Sequence record: OU343167.1
Reading direction: 5' to 3' (one strand)
DNA length: 64,000 bases
The notes below the pieces were generated by a model. It was not told where the DNA came from, ran no database searches, and saw only the letters and a list, made by a program, of their open reading frames with translations. The position numbers were made by a program, and so were the translations under genes. This document shows positions 44,538 to 53,224 of the stretch, one piece after another (within the stretch, counting starts at the first letter, position 1; every line of letters begins with the position of its first letter).

Positions 44538-47030
44538 ATGCAAATCACTCTACTGCGTTTGAAAAAATTCAAACGACTTATGACGGCAAATATCCAATTC
44601 TTCGAATGGACTCCCACTAAGAACATGATGATTATACTCGGTTCTAATGGTTCGGGTAAATCGTCAGTTATGGATGAACTAACTCCATTGCCATCTCGAC
44701 ATACAAACTTTGATAAAGATGGTTTTAAAGAATTCCATTGCTACCATAATGGAAGCCTTTATGTACTTCATTCGGTATATGGTCATGGTACTGGTCGTCA
44801 CTCTTTCAAACGGGATAATGAAGAGTTGAATAGCGGCGGTACATATAAAATCCAAGAAGAACTCTGTCTACAAGAGTTTGGACTTACACGTGAAATCCAT
44901 GAGATTGCAACTGGTCGAGTTAAATTTACCGCTATGTCTACAGCAAAGCGCCGCGAGATTCTTACGCGGATGTCAACTGTTGATTTGACTTATGCGTTAG
45001 ATGTATACAGAGACATTAAACAGGAACATCGCAGTCAGAAAGGTGTCATCGATCTAATCACAAAACGCCTAGTCACTGAAAATCACGATATCTTTAGTGA
45101 TAGTGAAATGACACTGATGCGCGAAGAGACCTCTCGTCTTACTAAGCGTTTGAATAAACTCTTCCAAGAAAAGCAAAATGATGTTCGACCTGCTTTCCAG
45201 AATGTGCAACAAGCTGAAAACGAACTCGAATCTATTCTGAATGATGCACGCGCTTGCCTACGTGATTATCCAATGTTACCGGCCGCTATTCGTGTAGCTA
45301 ACCATGGAGAATTCCAGGCAGAATTCAATCGGGTATCGGAGCAATACTCTTCGATCAATGCAGTGATTAATCGTCTTGCAGAAGAACTAGAAAAGCTTCG
45401 TACTAACTCTCCATCGGCGATTGAAATATCGGAAGATGATGTTAATGCATTGAAACAACAGCATGCTGCGAATCTGGCGAATGTTGAATCGTGTATTAAC
45501 TCGATGAAAACTTATACTGGTCAATTTCCAATTATTAAGTTTAATACAGCCGGTGCTGATCCTATTTGTAAGTTGGATGGAATGTTCGACCGATGGTTTG
45601 ATCTGTTAACTAGTTTCCCTGATAACGGTGACGGTTGGATGAATCGGGAAGAAGCAACCAAACGACAGAACCGTCAGAAAGAGCTTAGGAATATTTACGC
45701 ACAAGTCTCAGATAAAATCGAGCAGGCTAATTCCAGGTTGTCGCGTTTGAAAGGTTGTGAATCTGTGGTATGTCCATCTTGTACCCATGAATTTAAACCT
45801 GGCGTAGATCCATCTGAAACGGATATGCTTGAAGCTTCTAAAGTTAAACTCCACGAAGCTATTGATCGTATCGAAGCAGAACAAAAAGAGAACGAAGAAT
45901 ATCTTGAGAAATTCCAGGACTATTCAAGTTATGTTTTCCAGTACATGTCTTTGACAAAAGACTACCCAGAGTTTAATGAACTGTGGGATTACTGTGCAAC
46001 TAACATGACAATGTATCGGACTCCTGCATTGCATAAGACTGATGCTTTGCAATGGCATACAGCCATGCGGAGTTATGTCAAATCCCGTACTGAACTAGAG
46101 CTTGCTACTAATATCGAGAAACGTCTTAAAGTTATCGCTGAGATAGACCAAGATGCAATCGGTTATATGAAACGCCGCGCCGAAGAATTGGAAACTGAAA
46201 TTAACATCATGTATGTTAAAGCTTCAGATATCAATCAGTACATGCAAGATCTACGGTCTGGTGAACAATCTATTCTACGTAACAATAAACGTATCCATGA
46301 TGTCCTGGACCGTTATGAAATGTGGAAAGATAAAGTAGAGCGTCATTCGGAGTATTTGCTTGATAGAGCCTATACTGAAGAGATAGGAACCATCCAGGTA
46401 AAACTCGCTGAAACAACGCGACAGCTCACACAGATGGAACAACGTGAAACGACCATACGTACGCTTGAAAACGAAGTAACAAATGCTACTGAAGTACATA
46501 GCGATCTTGGTATTCTAATTAAGTCGTTATCTCCAAACGGTGGATTGTTGGGTCGATATATGCTTGGCTTCTTGCAGGGTGTTACTTACATTGTCAATGC
46601 ATTCATTGACGAGGTGTGGACATACCCAATGGAAGTACTACCTTCTAAAGTTGAAAAGGAGGAGTTAGACTACAACTTCCCTCTCAAAGTAGCAGGTGGT
46701 CAAGTAATGGCACCTGACATTTCGTATGGTTCCGATAGTCAATTGGAAATCGTTAACTTTGCATTCAAGATGGCTATTCTGAAGTTCCTCGGTCTTGAAG
46801 ACATGCCATTGTATCTTGATGAATTTGGTCGTACGTTTGATGAACAACACCGCGCAAACTTAATCCCGTTTATCTCTCGTCTTATCGAGAACGGTCAATT
46901 TAAACAAGTGTTCTTTATCAGCCACTTCCAGTCTACTCATGGTGCTTTCAATAATGCAGAAGTAGTTGTTATTAACCCAACTAATATCACCGTACCTGAA
47001 GCTTATAACAAGAACGTAGTTATCAAGTGA
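44538..47030 (+). CDS. sbcC: SbcC/Rad50-like ATPase
   Basis: Walker A GSNGSGKSS, long coiled coil, CPSC zinc hook, Walker B LYLDE, SH motif. Confidence 0.92.
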   Translation: MQITLLRLKKFKRLMTANIQFFEWTPTKNMMIILGSNGSGKSSVMDELTPLPSRHTNFDKDGFKEFHCYHNGSLYVLHSVYGHGTGRHSFKRDNEELNSGGTYKIQEELCLQEFGLTREIHEIATGRVKFTAMSTAKRREILTRMSTVDLTYALDVYRDIKQEHRSQKGVIDLITKRLVTENHDIFSDSEMTLMREETSRLTKRLNKLFQEKQNDVRPAFQNVQQAENELESILNDARACLRDYPMLPAAIRVANHGEFQAEFNRVSEQYSSINAVINRLAEELEKLRTNSPSAIEISEDDVNALKQQHAANLANVESCINSMKTYTGQFPIIKFNTAGADPICKLDGMFDRWFDLLTSFPDNGDGWMNREEATKRQNRQKELRNIYAQVSDKIEQANSRLSRLKGCESVVCPSCTHEFKPGVDPSETDMLEASKVKLHEAIDRIEAEQKENEEYLEKFQDYSSYVFQYMSLTKDYPEFNELWDYCATNMTMYRTPALHKTDALQWHTAMRSYVKSRTELELATNIEKRLKVIAEIDQDAIGYMKRRAEELETEINIMYVKASDINQYMQDLRSGEQSILRNNKRIHDVLDRYEMWKDKVERHSEYLLDRAYTEEIGTIQVKLAETTRQLTQMEQRETTIRTLENEVTNATEVHSDLGILIKSLSPNGGLLGRYMLGFLQGVTYIVNAFIDEVWTYPMEVLPSKVEKEELDYNFPLKVAGGQVMAPDISYGSDSQLEIVNFAFKMAILKFLGLEDMPLYLDEFGRTFDEQHRANLIPFISRLIENGQFKQVFFISHFQSTHGAFNNAEVVVINPTNITVPEAYNKNVVIK

Positions 47031-47060
47031 GTACAAGGTAATCTGTTTGGAGTCTATCAA

Positions 47061-47405
47061 ATGACCGAAAAAGAGAGAGTAGAGTTGCTGGAGATTATCT
47101 TCGATAACTTCTATTACCTACTTATACCACATTACCGACATGATCTTTCAGCCATCACTGGTCGGTTTGAATATGTGTTTAAAGAGCAAGCGAGATTATT
47201 GTTGGGGGATCTACGTATAGAAGTACCTCATATTAGGTCTAAAACGCTCTTTACGGTGGCGATCAATGAAACACGTGTCCTTGTAGTAGAATGGGAAGAA
47301 GGTGTTAAGGTGGAGCTCCTAGAAGGTTTAAATGGACAACTCTGGCGCTCCCTGTTGAAGGCTATAGTTGGTAGTTCATCGTACGTCCTAAGAGCATCAT
47401 GCTAA
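47061..47405 (+). CDS. Hypothetical protein (114 aa)
   Basis: GGAG SD, downstream of sbcC. Confidence 0.7.
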   Translation: MTEKERVELLEIIFDNFYYLLIPHYRHDLSAITGRFEYVFKEQARLLLGDLRIEVPHIRSKTLFTVAINETRVLVVEWEEGVKVELLEGLNGQLWRSLLKAIVGSSSYVLRASC

Positions 47406-47436
47406 TATAAAAGCCTCCCTTCGGGGAGGCTTTATG
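47406..47436 (+). terminator. Terminator, CATA...TATG family variant
   Basis: TATAAAA-GCCTCCC-TTCG-GGGAGGC-TT-TATG. Confidence 0.8.
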
Positions 47437-47465
47437 TTATCTTACATTTAAAGCATTTTAAACCC

Positions 47466-47473
47466 TATATTAC
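47466..47473 (+). promoter_or_regulatory. Early (virion RNAP) promoter
   Basis: Exact TATATTAC with AT-rich upstream sequence, 37 nt before ATG 47511. Confidence 0.75.
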
Positions 47474-47510
47474 AAATGTGATAAAACTACCTATGTAAAA
47501 GGAAATTACC

Positions 47511-47822
47511 ATGAATATTCAAACCAATGTACTCCTTGAGTGTGGTTACCGTGATGGTGACAAAAACAAATCGATAGCAATCTATCGCTTCGAGCAGACT
47601 CTTCCAGGACGAGACCTTTCTTATTTTGCAGTAAGTAGTATCGATCCTAAAGAAGACCTCGATAAGTTCTTGGTATATGCCAAGTTCTTTAACACTCGCT
47701 CCGTTTCAACTGCATACTTGCACGCGTTCATGAAATATGATTCTGGTCAGGATTTCACTGAACAAGATTATCATGACATGAATGTAGGTAAGTGCTACGA
47801 AGAGCTTCTCGCTGACGTTTAA
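47511..47822 (+). CDS. Hypothetical early protein (103 aa)
   Basis: AAGGA SD after the early promoter. Confidence 0.75.
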   Translation: MNIQTNVLLECGYRDGDKNKSIAIYRFEQTLPGRDLSYFAVSSIDPKEDLDKFLVYAKFFNTRSVSTAYLHAFMKYDSGQDFTEQDYHDMNVGKCYEELLADV

Positions 47823-47837
47823 CGTCAAGGACTAGTC

Positions 47838-48194
47838 ATGTTTAACGTAGACAGTATCAATCGGTTAGCTAAGCGTATACGCCTTATTAAAGGGTGTCCC
47901 GCTCGGATGTTTGTTACACTGAGATCAGAGCATGGGCATTACTATGATCTTGATATCAGTGGTGACGCTTTCATCTTTGTAATGCGTAATGGCCGACCAG
48001 ATGCTACTGTTTACGGTCATTATAAAGAGGATGTTGGTGGGTACATCCAATTGACTCAATGGACATGTACGCTGACTGACGACGAAGTTGGAGACCTTCT
48101 CCACACAATAGATCGTACTATCGCACTGCATACAGAATGCAATTACATTGTACTTGCTAACAAACATCTTTTTAAGGATACATTTCATGTTTAA
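47838..48194 (+). CDS. Hypothetical early protein (118 aa)
   Basis: AAGGA SD. Confidence 0.75.
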   Translation: MFNVDSINRLAKRIRLIKGCPARMFVTLRSEHGHYYDLDISGDAFIFVMRNGRPDATVYGHYKEDVGGYIQLTQWTCTLTDDEVGDLLHTIDRTIALHTECNYIVLANKHLFKDTFHV

Positions 48195-48882
48195 CAAAGA
48201 TCTCTCGCGTGACGTAGCAATTGGTGTAACGTACTCCATCGATTTCCTTTGCCAGGTTTATGGCGTCAAGAATTCGCTGGATATGATTTCTTCTGAAGGT
48301 TCAAACCAGTCTCTTATCGATATCGCGCACGTACCTATGTTCCACCGTAGGGTTCCGATGAACCTGGTTCGATCGGCTTCCAACTCCACTGGTTGGAAAT
48401 ATCATGAACGTGATACCAATGAAGAGACCTGGAAAATGATGGACCTTACGGATGAAAAATTCCGTGAGTTCGTAATTCCTCTGGATGCTTATAATAAGAT
48501 CCTGAAGTCCACTCAACCGACTGGCGTATGGGCAGCTGTATCGGGCCTATTCAATTCCATGTCGGCTTCCGAAGCATGCGATATTCTTTTCGGTAAATCT
48601 ACTTACGGTGAAGCCTTTGCTGTCTCAGAGGAACGTCGTCGTAAAGAGGCCGAGGAAGCCGCCAAAAAGGCTGTATATCGCACGATAGTGAAAGAGCTGC
48701 ATCGTCAGGTCTCTGAGACCCAAAACGTCATAGACGCCATGGAGCGCTCCTCTTTCATTGAACGCTTGCTTCGCACTGGTGAATACGGTGACGTCTACCG
48801 TATTGTTTTCATCGATCTGTACACTCAACACTTCGGTACTCCCCCGCGGGATAACGAGTGGAAAGGTACGGCACTTTTCTAA
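48187..48882 (+). CDS. Hypothetical early protein (231 aa)
   Basis: AAGGA SD favours ATG 48187. Confidence 0.75.
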   Translation: MFNKDLSRDVAIGVTYSIDFLCQVYGVKNSLDMISSEGSNQSLIDIAHVPMFHRRVPMNLVRSASNSTGWKYHERDTNEETWKMMDLTDEKFREFVIPLDAYNKILKSTQPTGVWAAVSGLFNSMSASEACDILFGKSTYGEAFAVSEERRRKEAEEAAKKAVYRTIVKELHRQVSETQNVIDAMERSSFIERLLRTGEYGDVYRIVFIDLYTQHFGTPPRDNEWKGTALF

Positions 48883-48918
48883 TCAACATAAATTCAACCC
48901 CAACGAAAGGAATATACA

Positions 48919-49311
48919 ATGACTACTCTTGCTCAGAAATACGCTGGCCACCTCGTTAACCTGACCGCGACGGCTGGTAATCTGGCTACCCTCACTCGCG
49001 ATATCCTGAACAACGCCGACAACCGTTCGTTCATGGATGATGTTCGTGAAGCGTCCGACATGTCTCTGTCTCACCTGCAACAGCTCGTGGAGATGGACAT
49101 GAAGACGATTGAACGTAACATGGCTCTTCTCAAGGCTGCTCTGTACGTCCAAGACGTAGAGCTGGCCAACGGTAAGGGCGACTGGCGTGAGGTTGCTGAT
49201 ACCGAACACACCATCAAAGCGGTGGTGGCGCTTCGTCGCAATATCACCGAACTGTCCGTATCGGAAGCGAAGGCGGTCGTTGAAGGTTACAAAGCTGGTA
49301 TCTTCAAGTAA
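48919..49311 (+). CDS. Early protein with C-terminal ribosomal L7/L12-like motif (130 aa)
   Basis: TIKAVVALRRNITELSVSEAKAVVE resembles [24 protein letters not shown] of bL12; AAGGA SD. Confidence 0.6.
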   Translation: MTTLAQKYAGHLVNLTATAGNLATLTRDILNNADNRSFMDDVREASDMSLSHLQQLVEMDMKTIERNMALLKAALYVQDVELANGKGDWREVADTEHTIKAVVALRRNITELSVSEAKAVVEGYKAGIFK

Positions 49312-49323
49312 GTTGTAAATAGG

Positions 49324-49356
49324 CATATGCCCTCTCCTTCGGGAGAGGGCTTTATG
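49324..49356 (+). terminator. Terminator, CATA...TATG family
   Basis: CATA-T-GCCCTCTCC-TTCG-GGAGAGGGC-TT-TATG; core identical to 1834-1855 and 54838-54859. Confidence 0.85.
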
Positions 49357-49378
49357 TCAATAAAATTTTTTTCAGATC

Positions 49379-49386
49379 TATATTAC
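49379..49386 (+). promoter_or_regulatory. Early (virion RNAP) promoter
   Basis: Exact TATATTAC preceded by an A/T tract. Confidence 0.75.
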
Positions 49387-49435
49387 CTAATTGAGCCGTA
49401 TCTAAGGATACCGTTCGTTTAAAGAGGTGACTAAC

Positions 49436-49579
49436 ATGAACTGGAAAACTTTGACCGCTATTAGCATCGGCGTATTCATTGGTGCTACCATCGTATTCGG
49501 AGGAGATCTATTCGCGACTAATCAGAATGATGAAACTACTGTCGATGAGGCAGATGCAACTCCAATCAACGTAGAATGA
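49436..49579 (+). CDS. Small membrane peptide (47 aa), missing from the ORF track
   Basis: GAGGTG SD; MNWKTLTAISIGVFIGATIVFGGDLFATNQNDETTVDEADATPINVE; ATGA overlap with the next gene. Confidence 0.75.
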   Translation: MNWKTLTAISIGVFIGATIVFGGDLFATNQNDETTVDEADATPINVE

Positions 49580-50016
49580 CTTACCGCAGCATAGAGGTCC
49601 TTAGGAGCCACTTTGCTGTCGATCATTTAACGGATCTGTTGTACATAGATTCGGTAAGAGAACAGATTGAACATTTCCGTTTCTATTACCGTGGTACTGA
49701 AAGACATATCTGTAAAGAGAAAGGCGAGTATTGGTGTCTTCATAGAGGACGTAATGGGGAGTGGGTTAAAGAGCAACTCACTGAAACAATCCTTTCTGAA
49801 TTTAAGGTACTCGATCACGAATGGCGTATACTTGCTGGCATTGAGTTAGATGATACTACTGAAGTAAAAGAAGAACAAAAGGAGTATTATGATTACTTGA
49901 AACAAAATGAAAAGAAAGTAGAAGAGGAGAGTGCTAGTGAATTGATGGCAGCATTGTTCATGGGAACAATGTTTACTGTAACAAGTTGCCACATCTATCG
50001 GATGTGGAATAAGTAG
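49576..50016 (+). CDS. Hypothetical protein (146 aa) with C-terminal hydrophobic segment
   Basis: Coupled to the 47-aa ORF. Confidence 0.7.
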   Translation: MTYRSIEVLRSHFAVDHLTDLLYIDSVREQIEHFRFYYRGTERHICKEKGEYWCLHRGRNGEWVKEQLTETILSEFKVLDHEWRILAGIELDDTTEVKEEQKEYYDYLKQNEKKVEEESASELMAALFMGTMFTVTSCHIYRMWNK

Positions 50017-50143
50017 TTTGAGTGATGTTTGTTCATGGGAATATTTACCTGATAGGTAAGGATATGTAGGACTAAGAATAAGGAGGGGACTCTTTATATT
50101 CTTTTATCCTACAGTTCTTTTAAATAGACCTAGGTAAATACTC

Positions 50144-50779
50144 ATGAGCAACATCCCTTTCTACTGGACTGTAAAAACAACCGGTTTAACCGAATCCGAA
50201 TTAATCAACACCGTACTTCGTCTTCATGAAGAAGTTGACAGTGTAAACGATACTATCATCGATGGTACTCTAGTAGACCTCGATGTATTGTTAGAAGTTA
50301 AAGGACAAGATGATCTAGTTGATGATGCTATCATTGATTGGATCCGTGATAACTATAAAGCAGGCGATAACATCGTTCTGAAAGTAAAAACTAATCGATT
50401 TGTATTTGGTTGGTTTGCACAAGGTATTGTTGATATTGGAGCAATTCTCCAGAAATATGAACAAGTCCCTGACATGCCAATGGTATTCGATACCTTTAAG
50501 CTGAAAGATTACAATAAAGAGAAACCCCGTAAGAAAGGTTTCTTTGAACAGTTTAAAGAAAGTATAAATCCGTTGGTTGAACTAGCATATCAGAATAAAG
50601 GCTCTATTGCTGGAATTGCACTCGTTGCAGGTAGTGTACTCTTTGCAAAAAAGTTACAAGACGATCTGGTCAAAACCACAGAAGAAACCGTCCGTAAGAC
50701 AATGCAAGAATTTGAACCACCGACCGTCGAAATCCATATCGATGAGTATGGTACATTTGAAGACGTTATTGTTGATTAA
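50144..50779 (+). CDS. Hypothetical membrane-anchored protein (211 aa)
   Basis: AGGT SD; TM SIAGIALVAGSVLFA. Confidence 0.75.
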   Translation: MSNIPFYWTVKTTGLTESELINTVLRLHEEVDSVNDTIIDGTLVDLDVLLEVKGQDDLVDDAIIDWIRDNYKAGDNIVLKVKTNRFVFGWFAQGIVDIGAILQKYEQVPDMPMVFDTFKLKDYNKEKPRKKGFFEQFKESINPLVELAYQNKGSIAGIALVAGSVLFAKKLQDDLVKTTEETVRKTMQEFEPPTVEIHIDEYGTFEDVIVD

Positions 50780-50784
50780 GACAA

Positions 50785-50819
50785 CATAGAGCCCAGCCTT
50801 CCATAGGCTGGGCAATATG
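50785..50819. terminator. Bidirectional terminator, CATA...TATG family
   Basis: CATA-GA-GCCCAGCCT-TCCAT-AGGCTGGGC-AA-TATG between convergent genes. Confidence 0.85.
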
Positions 50820-50822
50820 TCG

Positions 50823-51335
50823 TTAAGAGAGACCAAGTGCGGCTTCTTCCTCACGTGCTTTCTTTTCAGCAACCGCGCGCATGCGTTCGTTGAACTCTTC
50901 AGATGTCTCGTTAATGACACCAATTTCACCTTCACCGGCGGCGTGTTCAAACTCACCAAGATCTTCATTATCGATATCTGGTTCTGAACCGCGGTTATCT
51001 TCACCAGGTACGGCAACGAACGGGTTCTTGTTCTTAGCTTGCCTAATGAACTCTGCCATCGATTCAACCAGATCACGTGCAGACTTATTACCTTCTGCTT
51101 CAATCTGTGTACGACGATTCTGGATAGTCGTGCGATCCATCGAGTCCATAACTTTCAACATCGAATCAATAGATTCTTTGTCGGTTGGAATAGTACCATC
51201 CACACGGGAGGTCATTACACCATGAAGAATCCGATGCTTAACGTTTTGTGTAAGTTTTAGCTGGTCTTCATAAGAAAGCTCAGAGTACAAAACCTCTGGT
51301 TCTGTCGGAATAAATTCCGGGATCGGAGTTTCCAT
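50823..51335 (-). CDS. Hypothetical acidic helical protein (170 aa)
   Basis: GAGGT SD; ORF ends at the bidirectional terminator. Confidence 0.8.
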   Translation of the reverse strand: METPIPEFIPTEPEVLYSELSYEDQLKLTQNVKHRILHGVMTSRVDGTIPTDKESIDSMLKVMDSMDRTTIQNRRTQIEAEGNKSARDLVESMAEFIRQAKNKNPFVAVPGEDNRGSEPDIDNEDLGEFEHAAGEGEIGVINETSEEFNERMRAVAEKKAREEEAALGLS

Positions 51336-51410
51336 TTTACTACCTCACTGTTGAGAAATACTCAACGGAATAACAATATGCCATAAAATGCGGATTAGGG
51401 AGTTTTCTAT

Positions 51411-51953
51411 ATGATTAATACGCTACGCCGCTGGTTACGGGTGTTCCAGCCAGTATCCAAAAAACAACTGTATTCAGCACTGCTTGATCAGTTTGAAGAC
51501 GAGGGCGTGCGTCGTGATAATTATCCCATCATGCTTGCAGAATTATGGAATAGAATCGATGTCAAAGACTTCGGTGAAATTTCACCTAGAGACATGATGG
51601 CAGTAAACATGGAGCTGCGACATACTAACGTAACTTATCTGATTGAACAGATGAATGTCATTAACACAATGGTATCCACCGGCGATCAAGCAGCTTTAGA
51701 ACAAATTAGTAAGAATGAATTCACTCAATTCAGTAGAGTTAACTTAGATGAATACTTTGCTGATGCAAGAGGTTATTCTGTAGATATAGTCGACTCTTTA
51801 GAAAAGCTTAAGACGTATCTTGATAAACATGCAATGATTCTTGAAACACAAACCGCGAGCTTCTATAGAAGAGTTTTAGGAAGAGTGTATCATGATATCC
51901 TTGTACTTACCCAAACGCTTGTTGATACCATGAAGGAAGAAACTATGAAATAA
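51411..51953 (+). CDS. Hypothetical protein (180 aa)
   Basis: GGGAG SD; divergent from 50823. Confidence 0.75.
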   Translation: MINTLRRWLRVFQPVSKKQLYSALLDQFEDEGVRRDNYPIMLAELWNRIDVKDFGEISPRDMMAVNMELRHTNVTYLIEQMNVINTMVSTGDQAALEQISKNEFTQFSRVNLDEYFADARGYSVDIVDSLEKLKTYLDKHAMILETQTASFYRRVLGRVYHDILVLTQTLVDTMKEETMK

Positions 51954-52006
51954 ATAGAGTTGCGAAACGAAACCTTCTCTTTAATCACCGTAGGTGTAAA
52001 TGAAAA

Positions 52007-52762
52007 ATGGATTCTGTACAAGACCTTCTTTCCGATCCCCTTAAGGGAACGTTGCGAGCATCCGATATCCCGTGTTATCTGTTTCGTGAAGTTCTATTGT
52101 GGCGTAAGATTAACCAACGTACATGGAACCGGCGGCAAGAAGCTTTCTTTGAGAAACCTTGGAATAAAAATAATCAAGACAAGGGTAACCTGAATAAAGC
52201 TCTTAAGTCAGACACGATGCAGTGGTCCGCTTTCAGAAAAGCAATTGACTTCCTGAACCCAGTCCACGCAACACTGGAGATTAAACTGACATGGCGTGAC
52301 GATCGTGTTAGTTCGTATGTCATCACGATGGATCCCGAAGAACGGGAAGATGTTCTGACGACCAACAGTTTCCCTTGGCAGGATTGTAAGATATTCGAGA
52401 ATGCTAAACCCGCAGGTACATTGATGGCGCATCTTTTCAGGCACGTTGTTGCAATGGAAGGGAAAGATAAACCAGATATTAAACTCTGGTGGGAGAAGCT
52501 TTTTGATGATTACACGAAGAATCCCGTTAATGTAGTTGGATTGACTCAGAAAGAAGTGAACCAAAATGTAAACACGTTACGACGTGCTCTGCTTGATCCG
52601 AGGGTATCTTTGAATAACTTCCGTCGTGGCATCCATTTGCTACGCGCAGTTAAGGAAGAATATATTCTGACCCTCCGTTGGTCCGATGATCCAATTGTCC
52701 GTGAATCACTTCCGGACTCTGTTCACAAGATCACTATAACTGACCCTGTAGTTGTGGAGTAA
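52007..52762 (+). CDS. Hypothetical protein with two-fold internal repeat (251 aa)
   Basis: AGGTG SD; LFR.V...AL...FR..I..L...L.W.DD occurs twice. Confidence 0.8.
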   Translation: MDSVQDLLSDPLKGTLRASDIPCYLFREVLLWRKINQRTWNRRQEAFFEKPWNKNNQDKGNLNKALKSDTMQWSAFRKAIDFLNPVHATLEIKLTWRDDRVSSYVITMDPEEREDVLTTNSFPWQDCKIFENAKPAGTLMAHLFRHVVAMEGKDKPDIKLWWEKLFDDYTKNPVNVVGLTQKEVNQNVNTLRRALLDPRVSLNNFRRGIHLLRAVKEEYILTLRWSDDPIVRESLPDSVHKITITDPVVVE

Positions 52763-52766
52763 GAGA

Positions 52767-53144
52767 ATGGATAACTGTATTGACCTGAGCTCTCCCCTTT
52801 GCCCTGATGTCCTTCAGTTCCATTCATCCGTGTTGAAACATACGGTTACCGGAACAGCTTTTTACAGCTGGAACGGTTTCCGTTTGTATCTTATTACAGG
52901 AAAGGTTCATCCCAAATATCTAGATGGTATCAACCTTGAAGAAGCTGGGGTGGAAAGTAGATACAAGTTCGTTCCAGATCTGTACGAAAAGATGGAGGAA
53001 ACTCTTCGTGTGTGCATTGCCAAGTACCCCCTCCTAAAACTTAAACTTAATAAAAACACACAGATTGTGTGGCGTGCTCACGGTATTACCCCAGCTGAAG
53101 AAGAATGGGTCAATATCGTTAAACGTGTTGCTTCAAGTATGTAA
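52767..53144 (+). CDS. Hypothetical protein (125 aa)
   Basis: GGAG SD favours ATG 52767. Confidence 0.7.
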   Translation: MDNCIDLSSPLCPDVLQFHSSVLKHTVTGTAFYSWNGFRLYLITGKVHPKYLDGINLEEAGVESRYKFVPDLYEKMEETLRVCIAKYPLLKLKLNKNTQIVWRAHGITPAEEEWVNIVKRVASSM

Positions 53145-53150
53145 AGTGAC

Positions 53151-53188
53151 TGCCTTGGGTTCTCCCTTCGGGGAGAGCCTAATGGCAA
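53151..53188 (+). terminator. Extended hairpin terminator
   Basis: TGCC-TTGGG-T-TCTCCC-TTCG-GGGAGA-G-CCTAA-T-GGCA. Confidence 0.7.
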
Positions 53189-53224
53189 TCATTGTATGAC
53201 TCTTATTTTTTTTGGTGAAATTCA

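Noticed and set aside
50654-51103. 149-aa alternative-frame minus ORF crossing the 50785 terminator
   Set aside because: Overlaps two better-supported genes and runs through a bidirectional terminator.
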